Source: Octopus bimaculoides (lineage: Eukaryota). From it: DNA of 64,000 nt. Of the stretch, positions 21,401 to 36,400 are shown in pieces. The DNA is taken from assembly GCF_001194135.2 (NCBI RefSeq), contig NC_068994.1:53606546-53670545 (forward strand), read 5' to 3'. Position 1 is the first letter of the stretch, and each line of letters opens with the position of its first letter. Made by a program: the position numbers and the translations under genes. Below the pieces are notes generated by a model. It was given only the letters and a program-made list of their open reading frames with translations. It made no database searches and was not told where the DNA came from.

Positions 21401-24400
21401 TCTAGAATTTAAAGAATATTTCATTTATATGAAAATAGTTATTGCTGCTGTTTAATCTAGTTTAGCCTTGATCCAGGAGACATATAATCAAAGACATTCC
21501 AACTGTGACATTCCTGTTTTTTTATTCTGACAGTGTATTTACATTAATATTATTTAATGTAGTTTTCTTTGTCAGACCTGATTCAGTAACCTTATTATTA
21601 AAGACATTCTAGTTTGAATAATCTGTTTCATTTAATGTGATTTTCCATTTTTTTTACAGATGATAGGGTGTGAGCTGAAATAAATTTGGCTGCTATTTCA
21701 GGCAGATTAAGCAGCTACATAAATGATTCTATATTCCTTCTCTCCATTGATGAAATTGCATTACTTATTTCTTATTTCTTTATTGCCCACAAGGGGCTAA
21801 ACATAGAGGGGACAGACAAGGGTATTAAGTAGATTACATCGACACCAGTGCGTAACTGGTACTTAATTTATCGACCCTGAAAGGATGAAAGGCAAAGTCG
21901 ACCTCGGCGGAATTTGACCTCGGAACGTAACAGCAGAGGAAATATTGCTAAACATTTCGCCCGGCGTGATAACATTTCTGCCAGCTCACCGTCTTAAATT
22001 GCATTACTGCTGACTTTAATCAAGTAGTATTGTTCAGTCAAGGTCAGCTGCACGTTAAACATTACTGCAAACAATATAATCTATCCAGTGTAACTTTTAT
22101 TGCTTTTTGCTGATGTGGTATAAATTAGATACAGTGGCTCTGAGGTTAAGGTGCTTGACAACTGATTGCATAGCCACATGTCCAAATCTTATTCCTTATA
22201 GATGCTGATCATTTACTTTCATCAACTGAATGATTTTCTGATAACAATCTTCACAGCAAAACTAAGTACATGCACTCTGATATACAGTATGGTATAATAT
22301 ATGATTAAGCTTCGTATGTATCAGTATATTTTTTAGGAGTTTGTGCCTAAATTAAAGAGAATATGGTATTTTATACCAAGCCTGAAGACAGTTTTTACAA
22401 AGAGACAAATTTACTAGAAGCTAGTTCTTTATCACCAAATTTTCTCCACAACAAGACTTGATATATTTATATACCTATAATAAACATCTGCTGTAACCAT
22501 GTCATATTTCCTGGAGTTTTGCATCCAGAACTTGGACATCCGGTATATTCATCTATTTTTAAGACAGTAGGATAAAACTTGGAGCAAATCTAAGAGCTGT
22601 TGCATGTACAGAATATATCATGTAATGTACTAGTAATAATATTTAAAATCATAAAAGAAAATACAAACTTTATTTTAATTCACATTATAGGGCTTACTGT
22701 AAGCCAAACTTTATTGTAGAGTGGATATAGTTAATGTTAGTAAATCACTGTTACTTTCCTTAGTTGACACTGTGTGAAGATGGAAGGCAAGTTTGACAAC
22801 TGCAACATATGAAGTCAGAGCTTAGATTAAATACTGTTAAATCTTATATCTAGGACCCTACTATTTCTGCTTACTCATTGTTCCATCATCCTCTTGTGGT
22901 ATTGTTACAATTACTCAATGCACTACACTGGTGTGTGTGTGTGTGAGAGAGATGACAATCAAATCAAATAATAGACAAACTATATTATCTATTATTTTTT
23001 TGCAGGGGATATGGTGAACATACAGTTGTGATGGACCTTAATCCAAGCACTGAGTACATGTTTCGACTTCGATTTCATCGAAGTGATGATGATTACACTT
23101 ACTGGTCACCTCCAGTAAAAGCCATTACATGCAGTAAGTAGACATCTCAAATTATTTTATTATTTTTACTCTTTTATTGGTTCTAGTGAGTTAGAAGTCT
23201 CCATGCTGGGCTTTTTCTCATGATTTTTTCTTTTCATATTTAATATTTACAAATTTTCTGTGAATGTTAAATTTTTGAAATATTGGGTTGATATTTTGCC
23301 TATGGTTAACATTTATGGTTTACTTAACCTGAATGAGCTCTTAATCTTCATCACTCTGAGAGATGGAGCTAATGTTCGATGGGGAATGCATCGTCAACAT
23401 GACAAGCTCTTTGATTCTGAAGGTCTTTATGGATTGTCGTATTGAGTAAGTGAATTTTAATATTTGTGTGTGCATAAATGTATATATTTGCTTTCTCTTT
23501 AACAATATTTCACTTCTTTGTGTATGTGAGTGGTTACAGATTAGGATGTTTGAACATTTATCACCACCACAACCATTCTCCTCTTCATCATCATCATTCT
23601 AGTCATTGCTAACCCCTACTTCTTCCTTGCCCCTTTGTCCTCCCTTTAACTATCATCAAGGTCATCATTTTTGCCATCATCATTAATTTTTAAGTCTGTT
23701 TTACCAGTCTGGCATCGATTGGACAACTTTACAATTCATCAACTGACTGTGCATCTTGGCTCTACTTCATCTCTTCTGTGAGATATCCCATGTTCTCAAT
23801 CAAAAGTTTTGACTGGCTTCTTCCCAAGTCCTCCTTGTATCTCAGGTAATTCCTGTTTCTACTCTGAGGACACATTTGGAGGTGTTTTAGTTACTTATTC
23901 TCTCTCAGCTAGATGTTCTTCTTATTGATAAGCACTCAACCATAAACTAAGAATTGAAACTGTGGTTGTCAGTCAGACAGGCTAAGGTATATATTCACTT
24001 GCTTTGCCCAGAAGCATCCTTATTCTCACATCTGAGTTAGTTCATGGTTGTTGTTATTGTCTATGTCCATCCCCACCTAATGAAACTGTTCAAGTAGAAC
24101 AAAGATAAAAGCCATTCCAACTATGACCTCTTGTTTTTAATTTCTGTTACTATCAGTTATTTTTCTAATAAGCCTGCTGGCTATTTACAACATCAGTGCC
24201 TGAAAAGACGCAGAAATTCGACAGATCATTGACAGTGAGATTTGGCTGTTTGGTAGCTACTGGACTTCTGCCACTGATGAGCCTAGGCAGGACAAAATCA
24301 CGTGGTCTGGAAATTCCAGTACCCATAGCAGACAATCCCATCTGCCAACAATATAAATATGAGTGCTTTTATGCACCATGCATCCATATAAGAGGTTCTC

Positions 24401-27400
24401 TCAAGGTAAATAACACGGTATTCAGTGTTCTAACACAACATCCAAGTTAAGCTGCATGTTTGCTTGAGTGTTTATGCTTCTGAATGTATATGCATGAGTG
24501 GTCTGCATGTATGTGCATGAATGTGTGTGAACATGTATCTTCACCCCTTTGTAAGAGTGTGAGTTACCAATAACCTCTTTAAACACTAAAAATGAACCAA
24601 TGAAGGAGCAGCCTCTCCTTGCTTGAAATAGTAGTCACATCCCATTTAAATTATATCTCACTGTCTTTAAAATGGGATGATACAGCAATAAATAATACTC
24701 TCAGATAAACTGTCTGAACAAAAGATAGGGTAGTCATGGCAGGAATATCTTGATTTTGTAGAACACCAACAAAAGTATACAACTAGGCTATCAACAATAG
24801 TATATTATTGACCAAGACAGCATTACTGGACAACCAAGTTAAGCAAAGAGTCAGTGGTTCACTTCTCATCACTGGCTTTGAGCTATTTTTTCCCATATGC
24901 TACATTAATATATCTCTGCTCAAGCTAACAAAAGACCTGCACAGTTGCCTGAGTTGCTAGAACTAACAGCAAATTTTCCTTCACACACACTGCACCATTA
25001 TAAAAAAAAGGAAAGAACACACGAGATAATGTAGTCCTAGATACCTGGGATGGTTACATTTGGAATGTCTTTGCTTACAGGTCTTCTCTATCAAGGTTGA
25101 CCCAAAGTAGAATACAAAGAAGAATAACAACATAGCTCTATATTCATTCATTCTTTTTTCATTATTAATTTAGATAATTAAAATTGATCCACAACAGACT
25201 CCAGGAGTAATTTTTGCAAATTCTGGTGATTATATTTAATTAAAATTAAGTTAGTGATTAAATATATAAATTGATTTCATCCATTTAAATTTCTTTTTTC
25301 TATAGAGGAACCATTCTATGGAGAGAACTTACACAAAGCTGTACATCGCCAGAAAATTTCCGAAATTGTGGATGTGCTAAAGTCTGGGTAAAGCACTGAC
25401 ATTTCCCTTCTGTATTTTTGTTTCTTGATCATCATTATTATTTATGTTAATATTTCTTCTCTTAATTTCATTTTGTTAACTTCTGTTTCATTGTTGTATT
25501 GTTATCTCTTGAGTATCTTCCCTCATCATGTTTAATATCTCTGCTATTGTTGTAATCCTTATTTTCATTGACATCTTTAACATCATATTAATCATCGTCA
25601 CTGTATCATTACCATTTTTCTTTAATCAATGCAAACACAATCACCATAACCACCACCACAAGCATCATCCTCATTTGTCATTATCGCCACGATTAAGCAC
25701 ATAAATACTACCATCACTACTATCATTATTTGCAGCAAAAGTAGCATCACCATCTAGCCTAGAAAGATGATACTTTGAAAGTAATTGAAATTGCTCAATA
25801 TAGCAAAAAAATAAAATTCCTATGACTTCTGTTTTTTCAATATTAGGAACAACTAAGGTGACGAGCTGGCAGAATCATTAGCATGCTGGGTGAAATGTTT
25901 GGCAGCATTTTGTCTTTCTTCATATTCTGAGTTCAAATTCTGTCGAGATCAACTTTGCCTTTCATCCTCTTGGGAACAATGAAATAAGTACCAGCCAAGT
26001 ACTGGGGTCACTGTAATTGATTTACCACCCCCTCCAAATTTACTGGCCTTGTACCAGAATATGAACTCGATATTAGGGACAACAGTTTATGAAACTACTA
26101 TTTATAATGGGGCCCTTGGGCCAAACCAGTTTACAGCCTTATTTCATCTTGTCTGACATCTTCATTGAAATATGTAACGTTATATAGAAAAATTGTTTGT
26201 TTTCTTTATCTACCTTTGGTTAGTCAATAATAAAATTCAGTATCAAAAAATAAAGTAAGTCTAATTTTTTCATTTGCCTGAAATGAATCAATGTTTTATA
26301 TTAAGAAAAAAGTGATAAAAAATTAAAACTTCTCCAGGTACAGTATTTTAAACAGTAAACATTTACACCTTCCTAGAATGGCGCAACAGAGACTAACACA
26401 GTATTGTTTATACAAAACATTAAAATAATTATAAAAAAACAGAAATGTTCATGGTACGATTTTAGTTTCATTTATTATTTTCTTCGACCAACAAAACTTA
26501 AAAGCATCTGCAAGAACCCATAAAGACAAGCAAAATGTCATGGGCAAAATGCCATAGGCAAAATGCCACAGGCAAAAGGCCATGGGCAAAATGCCACTAA
26601 GCATTTTGCCTGGCATGCTGACAGTTCTGCCAGCTCACCACCTCAGTAGTAGCAGCAGCAGCATAATAGAGGAGGAGGAAGAGCTTGTTCAACATAACCT
26701 GGAACTAAATGAGAACAACAACCCTTATAAGTGACTGCTAGAGACATGTACTCCTGTCTGATAATATTTCAAGAACTGGTAGCTTCCATTCTGCTTAAAT
26801 ATCCATTAGCCTCAGTCTCATATTTTGTGTTATTTTTTAAAAAAACAAAATCTTTTGTTCCTTATCCTCAAGTAACTAATGATGACAATGTGGTTGCAGT
26901 GAGAATGAATATGAATGCTGATGGTGATAAATACTAATGATAATGATCCTAGTTATAGCCATGAAGATCATTAATCTGATTATTACACTGAAAGTGATGA
27001 GAATTAATATAGCAATGGTTAATAATGATTGTGACAGTAAGATGATGTTAATGAAAATGACAATGATTATGATGATTATATTACTGATAACAGTTTTCCA
27101 TAATGTATTACAGAAATATCACAGTTGATGTGACAGATAATCATGGTCTAAGTGCACTAATGAATGCAGCAAAACGGGGCCAACCTGAGTAAGTACCTAT
27201 TGTATATATATATATAGTCTTGTGGTGTGCATAATATCTGACATTGAAGTGAAATAGCGAAGTGGATAAGGTATAAAACTACAAGCTCATAAGTTTTTGA
27301 GTTCAAATCCATTTCAGGTATTGTATTGGGTATTTGGATAGCACAGTTAATTCTAGTCTCGCTCAGTTTTCCTAGATGTCAGAAATAAAAACTAGAAATA

Positions 27401-30400
27401 CAAAGATAGACCGGCATCATAGCCAGAAGCAGATGCACCTTACACCAAAATGATGTCATGAAACCAAAGATAAATAGTGAAACTTAAAAGCCACTGACTT
27501 AGGAATCATTTACATTTGACAATTATGATGCCATGTATATATAAAGTCTTTTGATGTGTACAGTGTGTTGTGGTTATGGAGTGTATGGGGTTTTGTGATT
27601 ATGGTGTGTATAAGATCTTGCAATCATAGTGCCTGCAAAGTCTTTTGTTTGTGGTATATGTGAAGACTTGTAGTTATGGGGTGTCTGTTATGATGTGTAT
27701 AATGCATTGAGCTTATAATTACATGGTGTATAAAGTATTATTATAACAGTGTGTTTGAAGTATTGTGGTAATGACGTGCATGAAGTCTTATAGTTATGTT
27801 GTGTATTAAGATCTTGTATTTATGGCATGTTTTCTCTTTTGTGGTTTGGATGTGTATAATGTCTTATTGTTATGTGTTCAAGGTACTGAAGTTATGGTTT
27901 GTATAGGGTTTTGCAATTAAACCATATTTATATAAGGATTTGTGAGTATCTTCAGTGGTTAAGATTTATGAAATCTTGTGGGTATTTTTTTGTGGTTAAG
28001 ATATATGAAGTCTTATGGACCGATGTGGTGCGTATGGAATTTAGTTGTATTCATAAGGTGTAGTCTTCAAAGGTGTTAAATATTAATCTTTTGATATGTG
28101 TTAAATCTTATTGTAGGTATAAAGTATAGTAGTGTGTGTGCACACAATCTAGAAATTTTATTTTAAGATATGAGGCCTATGTATATTGCCTTGTATATAT
28201 ACAAATCTTGGTAGGAGTCTCAACTGTTGGAGCTATAAATTGTTTTCAGGAATGTCACCTCTAGGCCTGCAAAATATTCTGTGCTTAGTTAGGTTAAAAC
28301 GTTAAATATTAATTATTAAATATTTGAAGTAAGTGGTTTTCAATACGTATAAAAATGCTGATTTAATGCATGAAATTTGAAATTCAATGTATAATTCAGT
28401 AAATACTTAATATTTTGATGTTAGACTTCCTTCCTGCCTTTCAATAGAAACATACATATATAAACATACATACAGACATGCATACTTAGGTACATGATAT
28501 GAATATAGCAGAATGCATTTATTTAACCGGCTAATCTACTGACTCTGTAATTCACTGCTTTTTGTATTTATTGTACCATAAGCTCTAGTAAGTAACTGCA
28601 TCACATTCTGAAGTGTCTTCCTTCATATTTCAGAATTATGAAAGTATTGTTGTCTTATAATGCTTCTATTTCTTGCAAAGATGAAGCAGGGAAAACAGCG
28701 TGAGTATTTAGAATCAACTTCTTTTCATTCAAATATAATGATGGTACAGGAACAGAGGTTTGACAACTGCATTTTGTCTTGACACATTATAGTAATAACA
28801 CTAACTTCTCAAAATTTATCACTGGTCAGTTGCCTTCTTTCTCTAGATTTTCACCCACTTTGTAGTAACATATTAAATTGGAATAAAATGGGATGGTATT
28901 TCTCTGGTAGAATGACATAAAATATTTCTTTTCCAAGATTAAAAGCAAGCCCTGGGTCAACCAGCATCCTATGAATGAATTTAGTAGACATAAACTGAAA
29001 TAAGTAAGTAATGTGTGTATGTGCTTGTGTGTGAGTGTGTCTCCTTGTCTTGCTATTGTGATAGATGTAAATGTATGCCCTTATCATTTCAAATGGCGTC
29101 ATTCCTTTCCAATCTTCCCCGAAAACATGCCCCAGCTTGGGGGAAATATTAACTTGCTTGAAAATAGGGAAGGGTTGGAAGCAGGAAGCGCATTCAGTAA
29201 TGGAAAAACTGCCTTAATGGATTTTATTTGATCATGCAAGCATGGAAAAGTGGACATAAAAAAGATAATGTTAGTGATGATGTGTGTGTGAGTGTGTGTT
29301 TGCAAGGAAATATGTTTAACATACTATTAACATAAAGTTTATGGGATCATGCCAACTTTGTCTCCTTCAGTAATAAAAAGATACAATCATTGCACATATC
29401 AAGAAAACATTATTGCACTTCACTAAATATGAACAGTGTACTACCAGAAACTCCATGATTATTTCAGATGTTAGGTGTCTCTATCCTGTTAAATGCACAT
29501 CTTCAACATAGCAAAAACTGCATCACAATGAGATTAAAAGAATGAAACAAGAAAACAAACTGAAATTTAAATTTAAAATCACAAAAAAATATTATTATAT
29601 TTAGATATGCTTGAATTTTATCTTCACCCAATCATTTTTATATAGGGAAATACTTCGTCTTCATTTATTTGAAATTTCAAACCGAGACAAAAAAAGTTTA
29701 AATTGATAGTGAAATTTTTTTTTTTTTTCAATTTTTTTGAGGTTACCCTAGTCTAATGCATGCCTGCATTTATGGCCAGCTATCAACTGTAAAAATCCTG
29801 TGCAAAAATGGTGCACTCTATGAAGATTATGATTTGGGTGGTACTACTCCATTGCATTATGCCATTGACAGCTGCAACTGTGATCTCATTGAGTGGATGA
29901 TTGGAGATGGAGCAAATGTGAACATTCAAGACAAAAATGCTGGTTGGACTCCATTGATGCGATGTGGTGAGTTCTGAATTTGTAGTTGTAAATCAGAAAC
30001 AGTTGTTAAAGGTAGCAAGCTGACAGAATTGTTAGAGATTTGGAAGAAATACTTTGAGGTATTTCTTTCAGTTCTTTACATTCTGAGTTCAAATCCTGCC
30101 AAGATCAACTTTGCCTTTCATCTCTTTCGGGTCAGTCAAGTAAAAGTCTAGAACTGGAGCAATGGTATTGAATAACCCCCTTCCTTAAAATTGTGCCAAA
30201 ATCAGAAAAAGGAGGTGAAATGGCATGATTGTTAGAGCATTGGATAAATGATTTGCCAATGTTTCTTCTGACTCTACAATCTGAGTTCAAATCCTACAGA
30301 GTCTACTTTCATCTTTTGTGGTTGATAAAATAAGTACCACAACTTTAGGGCCAATGTAATTAACCTGCCCTTTCCCCAAAAAATTTGGCCTTGTGCCAAA

Positions 30401-33400
30401 GTTTGAAACCAACAATGGTGAACAAGCAGAATCATTAGCAGTATTTCATTCATCATTACATTCTAAGTTCAAATTTCACTAAGATTGACTTTGCTTTTCA
30501 CCTTTTCAGGGTCAATAAAATAAGTACCAGTTGAGCGCTGGAGTCAATGTGATCAACTTATATCCTCCCACAAAATTCAAAACCATTATTATGATCATCA
30601 TCATCGTCATAGAATTTTAGAACACTGAAATGCTTGAAACAGTGGATCATCACCAATCTGTCAACTGTTAACATTTTGTGGTCTAATTTCACAGATTTAA
30701 CTGGAATGTTGTACCAGAGTTCTTTTAAAGAAAGAATGGAATGCATCCTGTTTCTGATGTATCTCTAGTATGATTATCAAGAGCATTTCTTTCTAGAGTT
30801 AGCACTGTATATAGTTTTTACTGTATTGTTAAGTCTTATTGAAAAATAATGCATTGTGAGCATTTCAGGAGCATCAGCAACTGCTCCAAACGTGTAAGTC
30901 TTACTTTGTAGAGAGTCAGCAACTGATAAGAACTAAAGTATTTTTTGTCCTTAAAGCAGAATGCTAGTTTTGGGGATAAAGTATTAACTAAATTGTGGTC
31001 ATCAGGGAAGACCATCAGAGATGGTGAGGCTTAATTTTTGTAGTATGTTTGAATGTTTTAGTGGTGTGTTGTTCAAGACTTGACAGAGCAAAGTACACAA
31101 TTGCTTCCTTGACATGAACAGTGATTGAGTTCTTGTGCTGTTGAAAGAAATAAGATTATCTTGTGCCAGTTAAAATATATGTACCCATGAATAAGCAGCA
31201 TGTTTGTTAAATTAAGTAATCTTTCTACTAAGAAATACTTATCTATGCATATTTGACATGATGCTTACTATTTTTTCTAATATTCTCAGCTTCTCTCCAT
31301 GGTAACAAATTAGTTGCTTATACATTGATCCACTGTAAAGCCGATATTGATGTCAGGGACATAAATGGGAAGACCTGCTTAATGATTGCTGTCGTCAATG
31401 GCCATCTACAACTTGTGGAACTGCTCTTGGAGTACAATGCTAATGTTACAATATACAATACAGTTAGTAGACTGCCATTCTATTTATTTTTCATGTAAGA
31501 TCATAATTATTGTTGTTGCTATTTAGTGATGCAAAGTATTCCAGCTTGTCCAGCCCAGCATTTTGTATGTCAGGGACTACATTATTCATCTTCCCTTCTT
31601 TATATCAGATGGTAGAGTCTAATTTAATGAAAATTTGGCTATTACTTCTAGCAGTTCAACTAACAATATAGAATCCTTCTCACATATTAGTCAATATTAT
31701 TGCTGTACTAGAGAATTGTAGGAAATGGAACTTAAGATTAAATATGCACATTACATCATCTAATTATTTTTTAATTTTCTAGGCCTAGTCATTAGAAATT
31801 TTTTATTAATTTCTTCTACTATCTTACAACCATTTTCCTGCCCATGATCCCATTTGTGGGTATGACTCCTGTTGGAACAATTTTCACAGCTAATACTACT
31901 CATACTATTAACCACTCAACTGAGAAGTAGACGTGAGAACTGCTTTCTGTTTTGTTCAGTCAGGCAACCTGATGCTAGGAGAGTTATGTACCTTGCTCAA
32001 AAGCATAACACTAAGGCTACACTAATTTTCATTTGAACGATAATCATGTGGTATAGCTTACATTTATTATATGTAATAATAATAATAATAATAATAACTG
32101 GTTGTCTCTTGAGGTCTCTGGGTGAGACTTCGAATCAACTTGTACAAATACAAAGGAAAAGTCAAACATATACTAATAATGATAATAATAAATGCCTTGA
32201 TGCAGTACCAGACACTGGCTCTCATGGCTTCTGATCTTAACTGATTGGAAGTTTTTGTACATGTACATGTTTTGTCTTGGTATAAAAGATGGGCTGCAAC
32301 AAATATTCTGCTCAGTACCACAGATTTGCTTGTCAGTTATTTGACCTTAACCATTTGAGTGTGTCCCTTAGTGGCTGATGGTATGTGTATCTCTGATCAT
32401 GTGCAAGAGTAGTGGGGGAGCATCAAAGCCATGTGTTGAGAGGAATTATTTGGGGTTTGAATAATTCACCTCTGGAAACATGGGTGTTTTGTTCAACATC
32501 CTGAAACAACCCTTATTCAGGGACCTTTTGAACGGGATGGGCTATTTGACCTAAAGAAAATTCTAACTGGGACTCCCACCTGCAAGGTCATGCACTGTTT
32601 ATCTTGATATGAGATCACCATGTTGCGCACATATGGTTGTGATGCATGTGCCCGATGTACCCTTATCAGACAAGTAGTCATGATGAGTATACTGGGCTTT
32701 GTATATTTTACCCCAGTGTCTCTTTGATGGCATGCACTGCTCTCTCTCACTCAATAATAATAATAATAATAGTGAGAATTACATAAACACAGGGAGTTCA
32801 GGTGGTTGCATTTCAACAAACTAGTATATGACTGGTTCTTTATTTTATTGATCCCAAAAGGAAGAAAAGCTAAATCAACTCTAGTAGGATTTGAACTCAG
32901 AATGTAAAATAATATAACTAAATACCTGCAGTCTCAATTAGTGAGGGTGTCAGCTGTGGTATTTAAAAGACTGTCACTATTAAAAAATATATACTGAATT
33001 ACAGAAAACTCAGTTTAGTTATATAAGTGATAGGCATGGCTATGTGTATTACTGAGTTATCTTTTACACATATCACTGTAAACAGCCTTCCATTGTCAAT
33101 GAGTTTTCCGATACTTAATGATGATGCATATTATCTGTGACAGGTGGAGACAAACTGACTATCCACACCACTGATTACCATATGGCATTTTTGTCTGGTG
33201 TTTTGATACTCATTTCCTCACTAATAATACTTATTTGAACCAATAAAATTATAAATTGTTGCTGTTATTATTATTGTTGTAATTGTTGCTGCAGCTATTG
33301 TTATTGTTGTCAATTAGTGTAATGGAATGGTAGACTTAATACCTTCATGGATTTCCCTATGTCCCTTTATTTAATAACTTCAAATAAACTCAATGTCAAG

Positions 33401-36400
33401 ACTACTGTTATTAAATCCAAGGCCTATAAAATCAGTGCTAGTCAAATACTGAAGTTGGTTTGTTGACTGTTCCATCTCCTGAAATGTGTGGCCTTGTGCC
33501 TATGGTAAAAATCATTATTATCATTATTACTATTATGGAAGGGTTGATTCAACTGATACATTACCCATTCTGCTACTAAAGATGGCCTTAACATTTAGAA
33601 AAAAATCAATATTATATATGAACAACCGTTATCTCTTGTATTGCATTTTTATCCTTATCTTTTTCAGAGTGGCCGTACTGCATATCAAATAGCTGTTTCC
33701 CTTGAAAGAAGAGTGAGTAGATACATCATTGAAGTTAAATTTTACTGGTGGATTGGATCATAATTGTCATGGTTCTTCTCAACTTCAAATCTAACTCTGG
33801 GAAAGTACAGCTGCTGCACATACACTGATTACCAAATATTCACTCAGCCAATATTCTGTTACCTCTAGCACACTGAGGTACTCTATCCTCTCACTCTCTA
33901 CATATATTTATGCTCTGTCCCTGTCTTTTCTACTGAAATAGCAAGATATGTACAACTTCCCTTGTTCTGATACTCTTAACACTCTTAATGCAACCTTAAA
34001 TGTCCTACTCAGATTTATAACTTTTTGAACCCACATTTTTCAAGACAAACATCACCACATTGATTTAACCTACATCAGGAAGGCTGTTAAAGACAATGAT
34101 TACTGTCTCTTCTTCCTTGTAGTTCATAATAATAATAATAATAATTCTTTTATTAGCTACAAGGGCTCACATACAATAACATTAAATGACATAACACAGA
34201 CATTAAAGACAACACGAGACAAAGGGTTTTACAGCGTGTAAACAATATATTACAATAAAAAATTAAACAAATTAAAACTCCTAATAGGGGAGGTGCTTTA
34301 AAGTCCTCATGGAAAAACCCACAAAACGCATGGGTGTTTGATCAACAGGGCAAGAGCCCTTCCCTTTTAATTTTTTACTGGTGTATATTCAGAACCGGTC
34401 CCTTCACACTGGCCATTCTTCCAACATTCACCCACCTTTCAACAAACTTGCTAGAAGGCAACACATCTCTCTCCACCCTCAACTTCCTTTTCAAGTGAAA
34501 TTTGAAAAAGTCGTTGAGGGCTTGGCCAAAGAGGAAAGTGTCTGTCTTTAGCCCTTTCAAGCAGGTCTGCCATACTACCTCTTTCACTACAGCCACTAGA
34601 CAAAAAAAAATTGCTTGCCCCTCTCAGCTAAAAGAGGGCAGCGGGGCAATCTTCACAATGGATTCAACTGATAGTTGGATCCATCCTATATGTGACAGTA
34701 GGTGGTCAACATAAACCCACAGGTCAGCAATACTTAGACACTGGACGAGGGCATGTAGAGCAGTTTCATCATTCTGCATACACCTCAGGTAGGCCCGGCT
34801 GATGGCATTTCCGTGCCTGTACAGTTTATCTCAAACAGGAATAATCCTTGGTAGCACTGCCAGGCAAGGAATTTCAGAAAGTTATCCATAGGCTCAGGCC
34901 TGAAAGTTCTCCGAAACAAACCAGTTAGTTGATCTTCATCAACACCCAGTTTCCTCAAGAATGTTGACACACTTTCCCTCCACTAGCCCTCTATAGAAAG
35001 CTAGAGTGGAACTACTACCAATGACATTGCACGCCTGGCAGAGAGCTGTGAGCGCTTGACAGCACTCAAGGTGCCAAGTGCACCTCCTCAATCTACGCCT
35101 AATCCAGGTTTGTAGCTCAGTCAAAGAGACGAGCTGTAGAAAAGTGTGCCTGACAAACGGTGACCACACCTGCTTACCATTAAGGAAATGCTGGAGATGC
35201 TGTAGCCTGAGTGCATGAACAACTACAGCATGCCCAACCCTTCATTCAGCCACTGTTGACAGCAGATGGAGCGCTTAACCAGTGGAACGTTCCCCTTCCA
35301 CAGAAAGTGGAAGAGTAAACACACCAGCCACAAGGCAAGTGACGATGGTCAAGCGATAATAGATGATGGATAAGATGTACACATTTGCCACCTTGGCTTG
35401 ACCTTTCAGCAACAGATTCCTCTCAGCCCGTTTCTGGGTGAGATTAGCTACCCTGCTCATCACTTTGTCCCAGTTTTTCTCCACCTGGAGGTCTGGACCA
35501 AAGCAGACTCTGAGCAATTTAACTGGACCATCTGTCCAGTGCCCCATGATGCTGTTGGACAGCATGGACTTGCCTCTCCAAGTGCCGAGTTGCAAGCCCA
35601 CTGACTTTTTCACATTAATTTTTGCTTAATGTGAAAAAGTCATATTCTTGTAGTGTGTTGTCAATTCTTCATATTCTTGTAGTGTGTCGTCAATCAGGTT
35701 TATATGCCTGTGGCTCAGCACTATGATGGTGACATCGTCAGCGTAAGCAGACACACACTCCCACATCCTAGATCATGTGGGACACCCTTCAAAGTCTCTG
35801 ACTTCCTCAGTAATGGCTCAAGAGTCAGTACATACAGAAGGGAGGAGAGAGGGCACCCTTGATAGATCAAACGCAAGATGCTGAATGGCTCTGACAGGTG
35901 ACCATTCACCCAAACAACCGAGCAGATGCCACTATACAAAGCAGCAATCCAACCGCAGGAAACTAGACCAAAACTGGATACCCTGAGGACAGTTGCCAAG
36001 TCTTGATGGTTGATTCTATCTGATCAGAGCTCCACCCATGCCAACTTCGTTACCCTACCTCTCTATGATGTAGCGCATAAGACAGAGGTTGTCCTGAATA
36101 GTCCTGGTTGGGATGGTGCATGTTTGCACCTCGCTAACCAGCTTGTCCACAACAAGCACCAACCTCTTGGCTAACACCCTGGCCAAAATCTTCAACTCTG
36201 CATTGAGCAGAATGATGAGCTTAAAATTTTCTATAATGTCCCTCTTGTTTGAGTCCTTTCTCAGCAGTGTCACTGCCCCCCACCCCCGACATACAAAAGT
36301 AGAAATTCTCCTATTATGCTGCTAGTTGCAATAGACATCTGCTAAGAGTCCTGCAAACAAGTCCGGCATCGAAATATAAAGCTTGTAGGGCAGACCATCC

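Noticed and set aside
21900-21995. tRNA genes suggested by A/B-box motifs
   Set aside because: Heads of SINEs; no cloverleaf, and each continues into the shared SINE body.
24274-24298. Hammerhead-like CTGATGAG-CCT..AGG-ACAAAA
   Set aside because: Lacks the invariant GAAA after stem II, and I found no stem I/III pairing.
27540-28100. Degenerate TG-rich ~22-bp repeat tract (similar at 51620-51880)
   Set aside because: Old low-complexity intronic sequence with no ORF or defined unit conservation.
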